A DNA stretch of 32,000 nt from an uncultured archaeon (GTDB taxonomy: Archaea > Asgardarchaeota > Thorarchaeia > Thorarchaeales > Thorarchaeaceae), in NCBI GenBank assembly GCA_964354495.1, contig CAYHAA010000006.1, forward strand, positions 30,001 to 62,000, read 5' to 3'. Positions 18,091 through 26,474 of this stretch are shown here, one piece after another. Within the stretch, counting starts at the first letter, position 1. Each line of letters starts with the position of its first letter. The notes under the pieces were generated by a model, which was not told the DNA's origin, ran no database searches, and saw nothing but the letters and a program-made list of their open reading frames with translations. A program made the position numbers and the translations under genes.

Positions 18091-18639
18091 CTACTCATTC
18101 AATCTTCTTCGCGAGATGTCCGTCTTCAAGGCAAGCGATGATGAGAGCTCATCCAGAATGGATATGATTGTGCGTTCGGTCACTTTGATACTCTCCAAGT
18201 CCTCTTTAGTTAGCTCTGACTTTCCAGCAAGAATCTCGCGTATTCTTCTATAGTCACCTATGCGTGATGCAACCTCTTCAAAGGGACGAAATATTGTAAG
18301 CTCAAATAGCCCAAGATATGTAAGAAGTAACATTGTATAGAAACAGCTGGTTATGTTCTTCCGAGCTTGTTTTAGTGTCCTATTGAAGGCGCCCCGTGAT
18401 ACGCCTTTCGTCCTTGTTCCAGTCCGAGAACGGATTGATGCTTTGTCTTCATATGTAATGTGTGTTCCATAGCCATCCTCCACCACAAGGTCGATTAGGA
18501 GCGTTTCAAGCTGGGTTTCACTAAGAACAGATCCTGCCTGGAGTTTCTTGAAAATCGGTTCTTGGAGTACTTGCCTAGCTCCTGATGTCAGTTCTCTCAT
18601 ACTCTTCCTATTAGACTCCAGGTCAGTTTCTTTATCCAT
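18091..18639 (-). CDS. Uncharacterised archaeal HTH-like protein
   Basis: 182 aa with SD GGAGA. LSETQLETLLID...YEDKASIR...VSRGAFNRTLKQARKNI looks like a helix-turn-helix followed by a hydrophobic helix (YTMLLLTYLGLF). Confidence 0.75.
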   Translation of the reverse strand: MDKETDLESNRKSMRELTSGARQVLQEPIFKKLQAGSVLSETQLETLLIDLVVEDGYGTHITYEDKASIRSRTGTRTKGVSRGAFNRTLKQARKNITSCFYTMLLLTYLGLFELTIFRPFEEVASRIGDYRRIREILAGKSELTKEDLESIKVTERTIISILDELSSSLALKTDISRRRLNE

Positions 18640-18835
18640 TGTGTAATTTCTCCATCATGTTGATGCATCGATTGTGTCAAAACGTCTGGAATGACCCCTC
18701 AGACTGGCTTTCAGGCGTTTCCTCACAGGGAAGATTGGTTCTGTTGTGCGGATACAAAATCGTATACAGAAGCTCGGGCTCTTAAATATCATCCTGCTCA
18801 TTTAGTCATAGTTGTAATACATACAATACAACACA

Positions 18836-19246
18836 TTAACGATGAGATAAGGTCCATTCTGACTTTGAATTCATCTCAACAAACCCAAGAATAAGATTAC
18901 CGCGGACTTCATCAAACTTGTATATGCCGAAGATGTGTCGACCTGAGTTATCAATCCATTCTATTCTGCCTTGAAGTAGATAGCGCTGAAAGAGGATACG
19001 GCAGTGTTTCCGAATTGAGGCGAATAGATTCTTGTACCTCCTCCGCTGTGATGGTCGAATGCCCCATCTAGACATTATGAACCGGTTCGTAAGATTGTTG
19101 CTTGAGATGAGAGTTGATTTCCTTGATTTCATTTCGCTGTTTGTATCTAGAAGGGTGTTCTTCAGGCAGTCTGGTATTGCTGCCAAGACGGATATGGTTG
19201 CCTCTGGATCACGGATCGCTGTTGTAATATGGATACTAGTGGTCAA
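18836..19246 (-). CDS. Hypothetical basic protein (136 aa, TTG start)
   Basis: Fills the gap upstream of the HTH gene. Contains the Arg-rich segment RWGIRPSQRRRYKNLF; no family recognised. Confidence 0.55.
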   Translation of the reverse strand: MTTSIHITTAIRDPEATISVLAAIPDCLKNTLLDTNSEMKSRKSTLISSNNLTNRFIMSRWGIRPSQRRRYKNLFASIRKHCRILFQRYLLQGRIEWIDNSGRHIFGIYKFDEVRGNLILGFVEMNSKSEWTLSHR

Positions 19247-19415
19247 GGCCTATCATGTACTAGTGCCAGCCCTACCTTAAGAGGACATATAGGAAATTGT
19301 TTCAGATATGGTAGTAGTTGTAACAGATTGGTATGCCCATAGCTATTCATCTCAAGATATTGTCACTTCACTGGATTAATATCCCATGTACAGTCCACAG
19401 CCGAAAGGAGTAATG

Positions 19416-21794
19416 ATGGTGAATACCAGAGCAACTATTCATGTGACAGGAATTGTTCAAGGAGTAGGATTCAGACCTTTTGTCTATCGCATAGCAGAAT
19501 CCTTGTTGCTTCTGGGGTATGTGCTGAACCTCGGTGACGCAGGCGTTGAGATTATAGTTGAGGGCGATGAGAAGCGTATCAAGAAACTCATCAAGAGCAT
19601 CAGAAGTGATTCACCCTCGATATCACGCATTGATACATTGGAGGTGGAGTGGAGTACTCCGCAGGGTTCATTCAGGGACTTCCAGATTCACAAGTCTTCA
19701 GTCACTCGAAATGAAGATGCGATTCCAATATTGCCGCCGGATATTGCGATATGTAACGATTGTGTGAACGATCTGTCTAATCCGAACTCTCGCTGGTACC
19801 TCTATCCATTCACATCGTGTGCGGCTTGTGGACCCAGATTCTCAACTATTACGGACCTGCCGTACGACAGGCCCAACACTACAATGGCAGACTTTCCCCT
19901 GTGTAATACCTGCAATACGGGTTATATGGAACCACTCGACCGTCGGTATCATGCTCAGACTACAGCCTGTGGACTTTGTGGCCCCAAATATCGATTGATT
20001 GATAGTAGAAGGAAGCAGATAGCAGGTACGGACTCTATCGAAGCTGCCGCGCGGTTGCTTGCTGATGGGGCTGTTATTGCTATTCAAGGAATATCGGGAA
20101 CTCATATTGCGACGAAAACGAGTGACTATAGACCAATAGAAACTCTAAGGCTGAGGAAGAAGAGATCTCAACGTCCCTTTGCGATTATGGTCAGAGACTT
20201 GGCTACGCTCAAGCGGCTAGCTCCAATCAGTGAGCTCGAGGAGAGAATCCTCACATCCTGGAGAAGACCTATTGTACTTCTTTCAAAAGTATCTGATGAT
20301 TCGCCGCAATATCGCAGTGTATTACGAGTGATACCGAAGGAGTCCCTAGACTTCATTTCACCTGGATTGAACACCGTTGGCGTCATGCTACCCTATAGTC
20401 CAATGCACCATCTTCTCTTCAAATATATTGATGAATCAGCTCTGGTCATGACCAGCGCCAATCCTAGAGGATTGCCTATGTACATTGAGCCCGACATCAT
20501 CATGGATAGTCTTGGCGAAATTGCTGATTATTTCCTAGTACACAATAGAAGAATACACCAGCGCTCAGATGACTCGGTAGTCAAACTAGTAGATGACACA
20601 AGCCCGGTCTTCATAAGACGCGCAAGAGGATATGTACCAGAACCACTTCTTTTTGATGGCCCATGGAAAACACTCAAAATCATTGGCGTAGGCCCAGAAG
20701 AGAAGGCGACTGGTTCCATTTCAAAGTCATGTCGGATTTACATGACACAGCACATTGGTGACACCAATCAAATTGAGAACATCGATTTTCTATCTGAGGC
20801 AATTGATCATGTATTGCATCTGTTAAATGTCAATAGACCAGATGCCGTTTCATGTGATCTACATCCGGAGTTCCTGAGTACGGATTTAGCAGAACGGATG
20901 GCTGCTGAGTATGAAACTCCGCTTTTTCGTGTGAACCACCACCACGCACATCTTGCCTCCTTAATGGTTGATGGATTGATACCCTGTGATAGTCGTATTG
21001 TTTGTATTACAGCAGATGGGTTCGGCTTTGGACTAGATGGTAATGCATGGGGCGGCGAGATTCTTGTCGGAGATTACAGCAATTCAGTTCGACGAGGGGG
21101 ACTGAAGGCTCAAGAGTACACTGGAGGAAACCTATCAGCTACATATGCGGCTAGATCGCTGATTGGAATAGTGGGTGATGATTTAGAGAGGGATAGACTT
21201 CTTGAAATCTTGGGTCCATCGCTTGTTGCTCCAAACACTCAAGTTTCAGAAAGTGTTGTGGATACTTTACTTCAGGCTGGGAATAACAGACTAAATACCG
21301 TAAGGAGCACAAGCGCTGGTAGGTTCCTCGATGCGGTAGCGCTCGCACTCGGAATCTCTTCTGAGAATTCATACGATGGAGAATGTCCAATGAAATTGGA
21401 GGCTGCTGCTCGGCACACTGACCTTCGAATTGATTCGGATATTATGAATTCGGACTATGGTCCAGTATTGGATACAACCCATTCATTGTTAGAGATACTT
21501 GATATGAGAAAAAAAGGTGTAAGTAGAGCTGAGTTGGCCTATGCTGCCCAGTGGCATCTGGGTGAGAATCTAGCAAGGATTGCATGTGATGTGGCAATTG
21601 ATCGGGAGATACTACATGTTGGATTCTCTGGTGGCGTCGCACTCAACCGCATAGTGACTGCTTCGATTCAGAATCAGGTTCGTCAATACAGACTAGTTCC
21701 CCTATTCCATTCCCTAGTGCCGCCTGGTGACGAAGGAGTATCAGTAGGCCAAGTAGCAGCAGCAGCCGCCAGACTCGTCAATCAGGGCGGCTAA
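19416..21794 (+). CDS. hypF: [NiFe]-hydrogenase maturation carbamoyltransferase HypF
   Basis: Acylphosphatase domain GIVQGVGFRPFVY; Zn fingers CNDC, CAACGPRF, CNTC, HAQTTACGLCGP; TSAN, DLHP, HHHAH, DGFGFG..WGGE, SGGVALN, PPGDEGVSVGQ. Start placed after SD AAGGAG (alternatives 19386, 19413). Confidence 0.97.
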   Translation: MVNTRATIHVTGIVQGVGFRPFVYRIAESLLLLGYVLNLGDAGVEIIVEGDEKRIKKLIKSIRSDSPSISRIDTLEVEWSTPQGSFRDFQIHKSSVTRNEDAIPILPPDIAICNDCVNDLSNPNSRWYLYPFTSCAACGPRFSTITDLPYDRPNTTMADFPLCNTCNTGYMEPLDRRYHAQTTACGLCGPKYRLIDSRRKQIAGTDSIEAAARLLADGAVIAIQGISGTHIATKTSDYRPIETLRLRKKRSQRPFAIMVRDLATLKRLAPISELEERILTSWRRPIVLLSKVSDDSPQYRSVLRVIPKESLDFISPGLNTVGVMLPYSPMHHLLFKYIDESALVMTSANPRGLPMYIEPDIIMDSLGEIADYFLVHNRRIHQRSDDSVVKLVDDTSPVFIRRARGYVPEPLLFDGPWKTLKIIGVGPEEKATGSISKSCRIYMTQHIGDTNQIENIDFLSEAIDHVLHLLNVNRPDAVSCDLHPEFLSTDLAERMAAEYETPLFRVNHHHAHLASLMVDGLIPCDSRIVCITADGFGFGLDGNAWGGEILVGDYSNSVRRGGLKAQEYTGGNLSATYAARSLIGIVGDDLERDRLLEILGPSLVAPNTQVSESVVDTLLQAGNNRLNTVRSTSAGRFLDAVALALGISSENSYDGECPMKLEAAARHTDLRIDSDIMNSDYGPVLDTTHSLLEILDMRKKGVSRAELAYAAQWHLGENLARIACDVAIDREILHVGFSGGVALNRIVTASIQNQVRQYRLVPLFHSLVPPGDEGVSVGQVAAAAARLVNQGG

Positions 21795-21811
21795 TACTAG
21801 TGATACGAGTA

Positions 21812-22426
21812 TCACATGCATGATTTGATTTTATTGAAACCAGCCTCAGCGGCTTGTACATTGACCTTCTCAAATTTCTCAGGAAATGATTCTCGGATAG
21901 CACGCAAGGCACACTCCTTGGTGATGGGAACAATACCAGTGCCGATGATTGCTCCAAACATCACCATGTTGAGAGCATAGGAACTTCCTGAATTCTGAGC
22001 AATGTCCATTGCATCAAAATCTATGATGTGCTTTGTGAATCCCCTGATTGATTTGAGGATTGATTCGTGTGTGGGATATTCTGTTGTTCCCATAGAAACA
22101 GCAACGGGGTATTGAACATGTGAGCTCATCAGCACGTACCCGTTCTTCTTTATCAGATGAATCTCTCTCAATGTTTCTACTGGTTCAAAGCCTACGAGTA
22201 GATCCGCAGCCCCTGAGTCAATAATCGGACCCATTACATCTGTACCAATCCTCACTGTGCAAACAACATGACCACCACGTTGAGCCATCCCATGGATTTC
22301 TCCAACTCTTACATTGAGTTGCTCAGCTAGGGCCGCCTTTGCAAGTATCTCTGCAAGAGTTAGAACACCTTGGCCTCCCACCCCAGTGATTGCGATGTTT
22401 ATTGTATTACAATTATTAGCACTCAT
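21812..22426 (-). CDS. iorB: Indolepyruvate:ferredoxin oxidoreductase beta subunit
   Basis: Motifs GVGGQGVL, EIHGMAQRGGHV, ADLLVGFEPVE, NMVMFGA. Confidence 0.95.
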   Translation of the reverse strand: MSANNCNTINIAITGVGGQGVLTLAEILAKAALAEQLNVRVGEIHGMAQRGGHVVCTVRIGTDVMGPIIDSGAADLLVGFEPVETLREIHLIKKNGYVLMSSHVQYPVAVSMGTTEYPTHESILKSIRGFTKHIIDFDAMDIAQNSGSSYALNMVMFGAIIGTGIVPITKECALRAIRESFPEKFEKVNVQAAEAGFNKIKSCM

Positions 22427-24319
22427 CTATTTCTCCTCCCTCTTGATTGCACCCTGAGGACATACTGCAGTACAGGTGCCGCAGAGATTGCATAGATTCT
22501 CGTCAATGACAGCTTTTTCTGTTTCGGGGTCCATGTACATCGCTGGACAGGATAGGCGGCTGAGACAACGCTTGCATGCAGTACAGGTTTCGGATTCAAC
22601 ATAATACTTGGGTAATGGAACTCCTTCGCGGCGACGATCAGCTGCTGTTAAGAGTGCACACGGTTCTTTTGAAATGAGTACTGCTGGGCTGTGATTATCC
22701 CTAGCCCATTTTACCATCTCTCTAATTTCACCAACAAGGCCAGCTATGGACTCAAAAGGATGAATCGTCTTGACGTAGTTGACGCCAAGACCTTTACAGA
22801 CTTTTTCAATGTCTATCACTGGAACCTTTTTCTGCATGCCTGTGATTCCTGTGCCTGGATGCGGCTGCTGACCGGTCATCGCTGTCGTTCGATTGTCTAG
22901 TACCACCAGACAGATTCGATGTTGATTGTACACTGCATCGATTATCCCAGGCAATCCCGATGCAAAGAAAGTACTGTCACCTATTGTTGCTACCACATCC
23001 TGATCGGTGACCTCAGTGAGTCCACATGCCGTAGTTATTGATGAACCCATATCGAATAAGATGTCTGCAGTTTCGAGAGGAGGCGCAATGCTCAGTGTAT
23101 AGCATCCGATATCTGAAGGATAGATAGCTTTTCCTCTTGTTGCTGTTCGGATTGCGTAGTAGGTCGCTCGATGAGGACAGCCTGCACATAGAAGAGGCGG
23201 TCTTGGGGGAATGCCCAGAATCCCTTGAGATTTCTTATCAATGTCTTGCCAGTTAATAGGTGTATTACAATTCGTGAGTCTAGATAATGCCTCCATGACG
23301 ACTCGAGGACTGTATTCTCCCACCTTGGAAAAGTATCCTTGTTCTTTTCCAAGAATCTCGACTTTGATACTGTTGAGCTGAGCCAATCGTCGAGCGTGGG
23401 TTTCAATGAACGGTTCGAGCTCTTCCACAATAATGACTCTTCTATGGCGACCTAGAAACTCTGTGAGCTTTTTTTGTGGGATTGGATGAGTGATCCCGAG
23501 TTTCAAGACTTCTGCAGGAATGCCCATCTGAGTAAGGGACTCTTTGACATAGTTATAGGACACAGCACATGTGATGATTCCAAGTTCTCCCTCTCCCTCC
23601 GCGAAATTCAGTGTGCTGGTTTCAGAGAATTCTCGAGCTCTCTCAATCTGACTAAGAAGCCATGGATGACGAGTTCTAGCTACAGAGGGTATCGGCACGA
23701 ACCTGAGTGGGTCTTTCTGAAATTGTACTTTGTGCGGGAGAACAGGTATTTCCCCGAACTCAATGGGTGCCCGCGTATGATTTACGCGTGTGGTCGTTCT
23801 AAAGAGCACAGGGAGCTCAAACATTTCGGAGAATTTGAATGCATCAAGAAGCATCGATTTTGCCTCGATGGGATCGGAGGGTTCCATCATGGGCATATTA
23901 CCCATCAGCGCATAGTATCTGCTATCATTCTCGTTTTGCGAACTCCACATACTCGGATCATCTGCAACAACTATGACCATTCCAGCCCGAACTCCAACGT
24001 ATGCGAGTGTCAGAAAGGGATCAGCTGCTACATTCAAACCAGGACCCTTGCACACCATCATGGATCTGACTCCAGCTACTGCGGCGGCTCCAGCGACTTC
24101 TAGCGCGACCTTTTCATTTGTACTGAATTCAAAGTAGAAATTAGGAATGTGTGGTGCCATGAGAGTGAGGTTGTCGCCGATTTCGCTACTAGGTGTTCCT
24201 GGATAGAGAGCAACGACACGTACTCCTGCCTCCAAGACACCTCGCGCAATTGCCTCATTTGCTAGAAGTAGCATTTTCTTTCCGGGGTTGTTTTCGAGTA
24301 GTTCCTGAGACTTGGGCAA
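22427..24319 (-). CDS. iorA: Indolepyruvate:ferredoxin oxidoreductase alpha subunit (TTG start)
   Basis: Motifs NEAIARG, YPGTPSSE, NEKVALE, DDPSMWSSQNEND, LCAGCPHR, DIGCYTL, GDSTFF, LDNRTTAMTGQQP; C-terminal 2x[4Fe-4S] motifs. Confidence 0.96.
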   Translation of the reverse strand: MPKSQELLENNPGKKMLLLANEAIARGVLEAGVRVVALYPGTPSSEIGDNLTLMAPHIPNFYFEFSTNEKVALEVAGAAAVAGVRSMMVCKGPGLNVAADPFLTLAYVGVRAGMVIVVADDPSMWSSQNENDSRYYALMGNMPMMEPSDPIEAKSMLLDAFKFSEMFELPVLFRTTTRVNHTRAPIEFGEIPVLPHKVQFQKDPLRFVPIPSVARTRHPWLLSQIERAREFSETSTLNFAEGEGELGIITCAVSYNYVKESLTQMGIPAEVLKLGITHPIPQKKLTEFLGRHRRVIIVEELEPFIETHARRLAQLNSIKVEILGKEQGYFSKVGEYSPRVVMEALSRLTNCNTPINWQDIDKKSQGILGIPPRPPLLCAGCPHRATYYAIRTATRGKAIYPSDIGCYTLSIAPPLETADILFDMGSSITTACGLTEVTDQDVVATIGDSTFFASGLPGIIDAVYNQHRICLVVLDNRTTAMTGQQPHPGTGITGMQKKVPVIDIEKVCKGLGVNYVKTIHPFESIAGLVGEIREMVKWARDNHSPAVLISKEPCALLTAADRRREGVPLPKYYVESETCTACKRCLSRLSCPAMYMDPETEKAVIDENLCNLCGTCTAVCPQGAIKREEK

Positions 24320-24397
24320 TGCAAATCCTCCATCGTTGACCCTGATTGCAGTTTCAATAGGAGTGCTGTATCAGTCTTGCGGTAATGGAGAAATATA

Positions 24398-24409
24398 GAA
24401 CATGTGTTC
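24398..24409. promoter_or_regulatory. Palindromic GAAC-N4-GTTC site 1 (GAACATGTGTTC)
   Basis: One of four near-identical 12-bp palindromes between 24398 and 25037. Confidence 0.65.
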
Positions 24410-24433
24410 CAACGTTCGGTGCCAAAAGACTTC

Positions 24434-24445
24434 GAACACGTGTTC
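24434..24445. promoter_or_regulatory. Palindromic GAAC-N4-GTTC site 2 (GAACACGTGTTC, perfect palindrome)
   Basis: Read directly from the sequence. Confidence 0.65.
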
Positions 24446-24458
24446 CACTAGCTATATG

Positions 24459-24476
24459 ACCCTACCATTTCCACTC
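24459..24476 (-). other. ORB-like element, reverse orientation (GAGTGGAAATGGTAGGGT)
   Basis: 15/18 identical to the forward element at 24608-24625; the two flank an approximately 33% GC spacer. Confidence 0.55.
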
Positions 24477-24550
24477 GAGATAATCAAAGGGGCTATTATA
24501 CTTTTAGATAGCGATACGTTTAAATAGCTGTTTCGAAAGCTGATTCTTAT

Positions 24551-24605
24551 CTCCATTTTTATCATCATACAGTCAATCGCTGATCAGCACTCCATTTTTA
24601 TCATC
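24551..24605 (+). repeat. 16-bp direct repeat CTCCATTTTTATCATC x2 (24551-24566, 24590-24605)
   Basis: Exact repeat with 39-bp period. The second copy lies 2 nt before the forward ORB-like element. Confidence 0.85.
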
Positions 24606-24607
24606 TG

Positions 24608-24627
24608 GAGTGGAAACGGAGGGGTGT
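24608..24627 (+). other. ORB-like element (GAGTGGAAACGGAGGGGTGT)
   Basis: Has the GTGGAAAC..AGGGG core and G-string of archaeal origin recognition boxes. The last 16 bp are identical to 28773-28788. Confidence 0.65.
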
Positions 24628-24681
24628 TACCCCAATAGTCTTTTGACCTCATACAGAAATATATCCACATAAGAGTCACTC

Positions 24682-24693
24682 GAACACGTGTTC
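24682..24693. promoter_or_regulatory. Palindromic GAAC-N4-GTTC site 3 (GAACACGTGTTC)
   Basis: Read directly from the sequence. Confidence 0.65.
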
Positions 24694-24716
24694 TAGGACT
24701 CGGGTTACAATCCGCT

Positions 24717-25004
24717 TCAAACCTCTTTCACAACCTGATACACTCTAAGCTTGAGAATATCCTGGTACATTGAAAACAGACTATCGAATATGCTTCGATG
24801 CTCATCAGGAACAATGATCGCGGAATCTGCTACTGCCTCAGCTCCTGAACACTCATCTAAGAGACCTTGTTTGCGTTTTTCTCTTATTTCAGACTTAGTT
24901 CGCCAGGTATATGTATATCCATACAGTTCCTTAGTGAATGCTACTCGCCGTGCATTACTTTGCCTCGCATGCCTACAGTCATAAAGATAGAGATACGAAA
25001 CCAT
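24717..25004 (-). CDS. Small stand-alone protein with a Cas2/VapD-like N-terminal motif (95 aa)
   Basis: MVSYLYLYD (hydrophobic strand ending in YD, as in Cas2), RRVAFTKELYGY, GLLDE, SAIIVP. Fold assignment is by eye. Confidence 0.6.
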   Translation of the reverse strand: MVSYLYLYDCRHARQSNARRVAFTKELYGYTYTWRTKSEIREKRKQGLLDECSGAEAVADSAIIVPDEHRSIFDSLFSMYQDILKLRVYQVVKEV

Positions 25005-25025
25005 TTCAATCAGACCAGTGTCACA

Positions 25026-25037
25026 GAACACATGTTC
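25026..25037. promoter_or_regulatory. Palindromic GAAC-N4-GTTC site 4 (GAACACATGTTC)
   Basis: Begins 22 nt upstream of the ATG at 25004, within the divergent promoter region. Confidence 0.65.
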
Positions 25038-25158
25038 CGATTTTCAACTCGTGTAATACATGTAATTCATAGCATCTAGGGAAAAGGTTAAGCGTGAGTA
25101 GCTTGGCTCTCCGGTCCGAAGATAGCTTCGGGCATAGCTTGATTCAGAGGAATGCTGC

Positions 25159-26460
25159 ATGAATCGCATTGGTCTGCGTAAAGAAGAGAAGGCTTTTGAA
25201 TCCAGAGCTCCACTGATACCTGAACATGTCAAGTCTTTACGAGATCAACACAAGATCGACTTCATTGTAGAACCTAACAAACAACGTGCTTTCTCAGAAA
25301 ATGAATACAAGAAAGTCGGCGCAACCATCACCCCTCTGAAAGGAAGCGGTGCCCAAGTAGTTTTCGGAATCAAGGAGATGCCAATTGGTTTCTTCGAGAA
25401 AGATGTCGTTTATGTCTTCTTCAGCCACACAATCAAGGGGCAGGAACATAACATGCCCATGCTTCGAAATATACTTCAAGCAGGTGCAACCCTTGTTGAC
25501 TATGAACGCGTTGTGGATCAGAAGGGAAAACGTCTCATCTTCTTTGGTAACTGGGCAGGCATGGCCGGTATTTCAGATACATTCCATGTTCTTGGAGAGC
25601 GACTAAGAGTAGAAGGTATCAGTTCTAATCCGTTTACTGGAATGAAATCAACATTGAAACTGAAGAACCTGGAGGCAGTCATGGAAGAATTCAGGCTCTT
25701 GGGTAAACGAATTAATGATCAAGGACTTCCCAAAGAGCTCACGCCATTCGTTGTTGGATTTGCTGGATATGGTAATGTCTCTCAAGGAGCCCAAAAGATA
25801 TTCGATATCTTGCCTCATGAAGTAATAGAACCAGAGAAGCTCTCAACCCTTAAGCCAAAAGAGAATGTCTTGTACAAGTGCATCTTCAAGGAAGAGCATA
25901 TGGTTCAACCTAAGAGTCCATCAACAAAGTTCAATCTTCAAGACTACTACGACACAGGAAAAGCCAACTACATAGGCGTTTTCGAGAAGTACGTTCCCTA
26001 TCTCTCGATACTGATGAATTGTATCTACTGGACTGATAAGTATCCGACATTGGTGACCAAGGACTTCATTCGCAAACACTGGAATGAGGCCAATCGAAAG
26101 TTGCGTGTTATCGGTGACATCTCTTGTGATATTGATGGTGCAATTGAGTTCACAATGAGAAGCACAACACCTGGTAATCCAGCATTCACCTACATCATCA
26201 ATGAGGACCGTGCAGAACTTGGTGTGAAAGGCAATGGTCCAGTTGTCATGGCCGTTGACAACTTGCCATGTGAGCTTCCACGAGAATCATCAATGTCATT
26301 CAGTGGAACACTGATTCAATTCATCCCTGCATTCGCGACTGCTGACTTCACTGCATCCTCATTTGAGAAACTTAATCTGCCGAAAGAAATCAAGGATGCA
26401 GTCATCGCGTACCGAGGAAAACTAACGAAGAATTATGAATATCTTAAGGAATACCTATAG
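25159..26460 (+). CDS. Lysine-ketoglutarate reductase / saccharopine dehydrogenase (lysine-forming) domain protein, AASS N-terminal-like
   Basis: Motifs IGLRKE..FESRAPLIP, FFSHTIKGQ.HNM, DYERVVD..GKRLIFFG.WAG.AG, GYGNVSQGAQ, NCIYW, IGDISCD..GAIEFT, MAVDNLPCELPRESS. Confidence 0.9.
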   Translation: MNRIGLRKEEKAFESRAPLIPEHVKSLRDQHKIDFIVEPNKQRAFSENEYKKVGATITPLKGSGAQVVFGIKEMPIGFFEKDVVYVFFSHTIKGQEHNMPMLRNILQAGATLVDYERVVDQKGKRLIFFGNWAGMAGISDTFHVLGERLRVEGISSNPFTGMKSTLKLKNLEAVMEEFRLLGKRINDQGLPKELTPFVVGFAGYGNVSQGAQKIFDILPHEVIEPEKLSTLKPKENVLYKCIFKEEHMVQPKSPSTKFNLQDYYDTGKANYIGVFEKYVPYLSILMNCIYWTDKYPTLVTKDFIRKHWNEANRKLRVIGDISCDIDGAIEFTMRSTTPGNPAFTYIINEDRAELGVKGNGPVVMAVDNLPCELPRESSMSFSGTLIQFIPAFATADFTASSFEKLNLPKEIKDAVIAYRGKLTKNYEYLKEYL

Positions 26461-26474
26461 GAGGACAAAACCAA

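Noticed and set aside
18686-18740. GAGGGGT G-string and TTCC...GGAA dyad upstream of the HTH gene as a third ORB
   Set aside because: The elements are not in ORB order or spacing, so the match is too weak.
19416-21794. hypF without hypCDE or hydrogenase genes nearby
   Set aside because: hypF is often unlinked from other hyp genes in archaea, so this is unremarkable.
24398-25037. Repeated palindromes plus a Cas2-like gene read as a CRISPR locus
   Set aside because: The repeats are only 12 bp with irregular spacing (36, 248 and 344 bp), and there is no cas1 or other cas gene.
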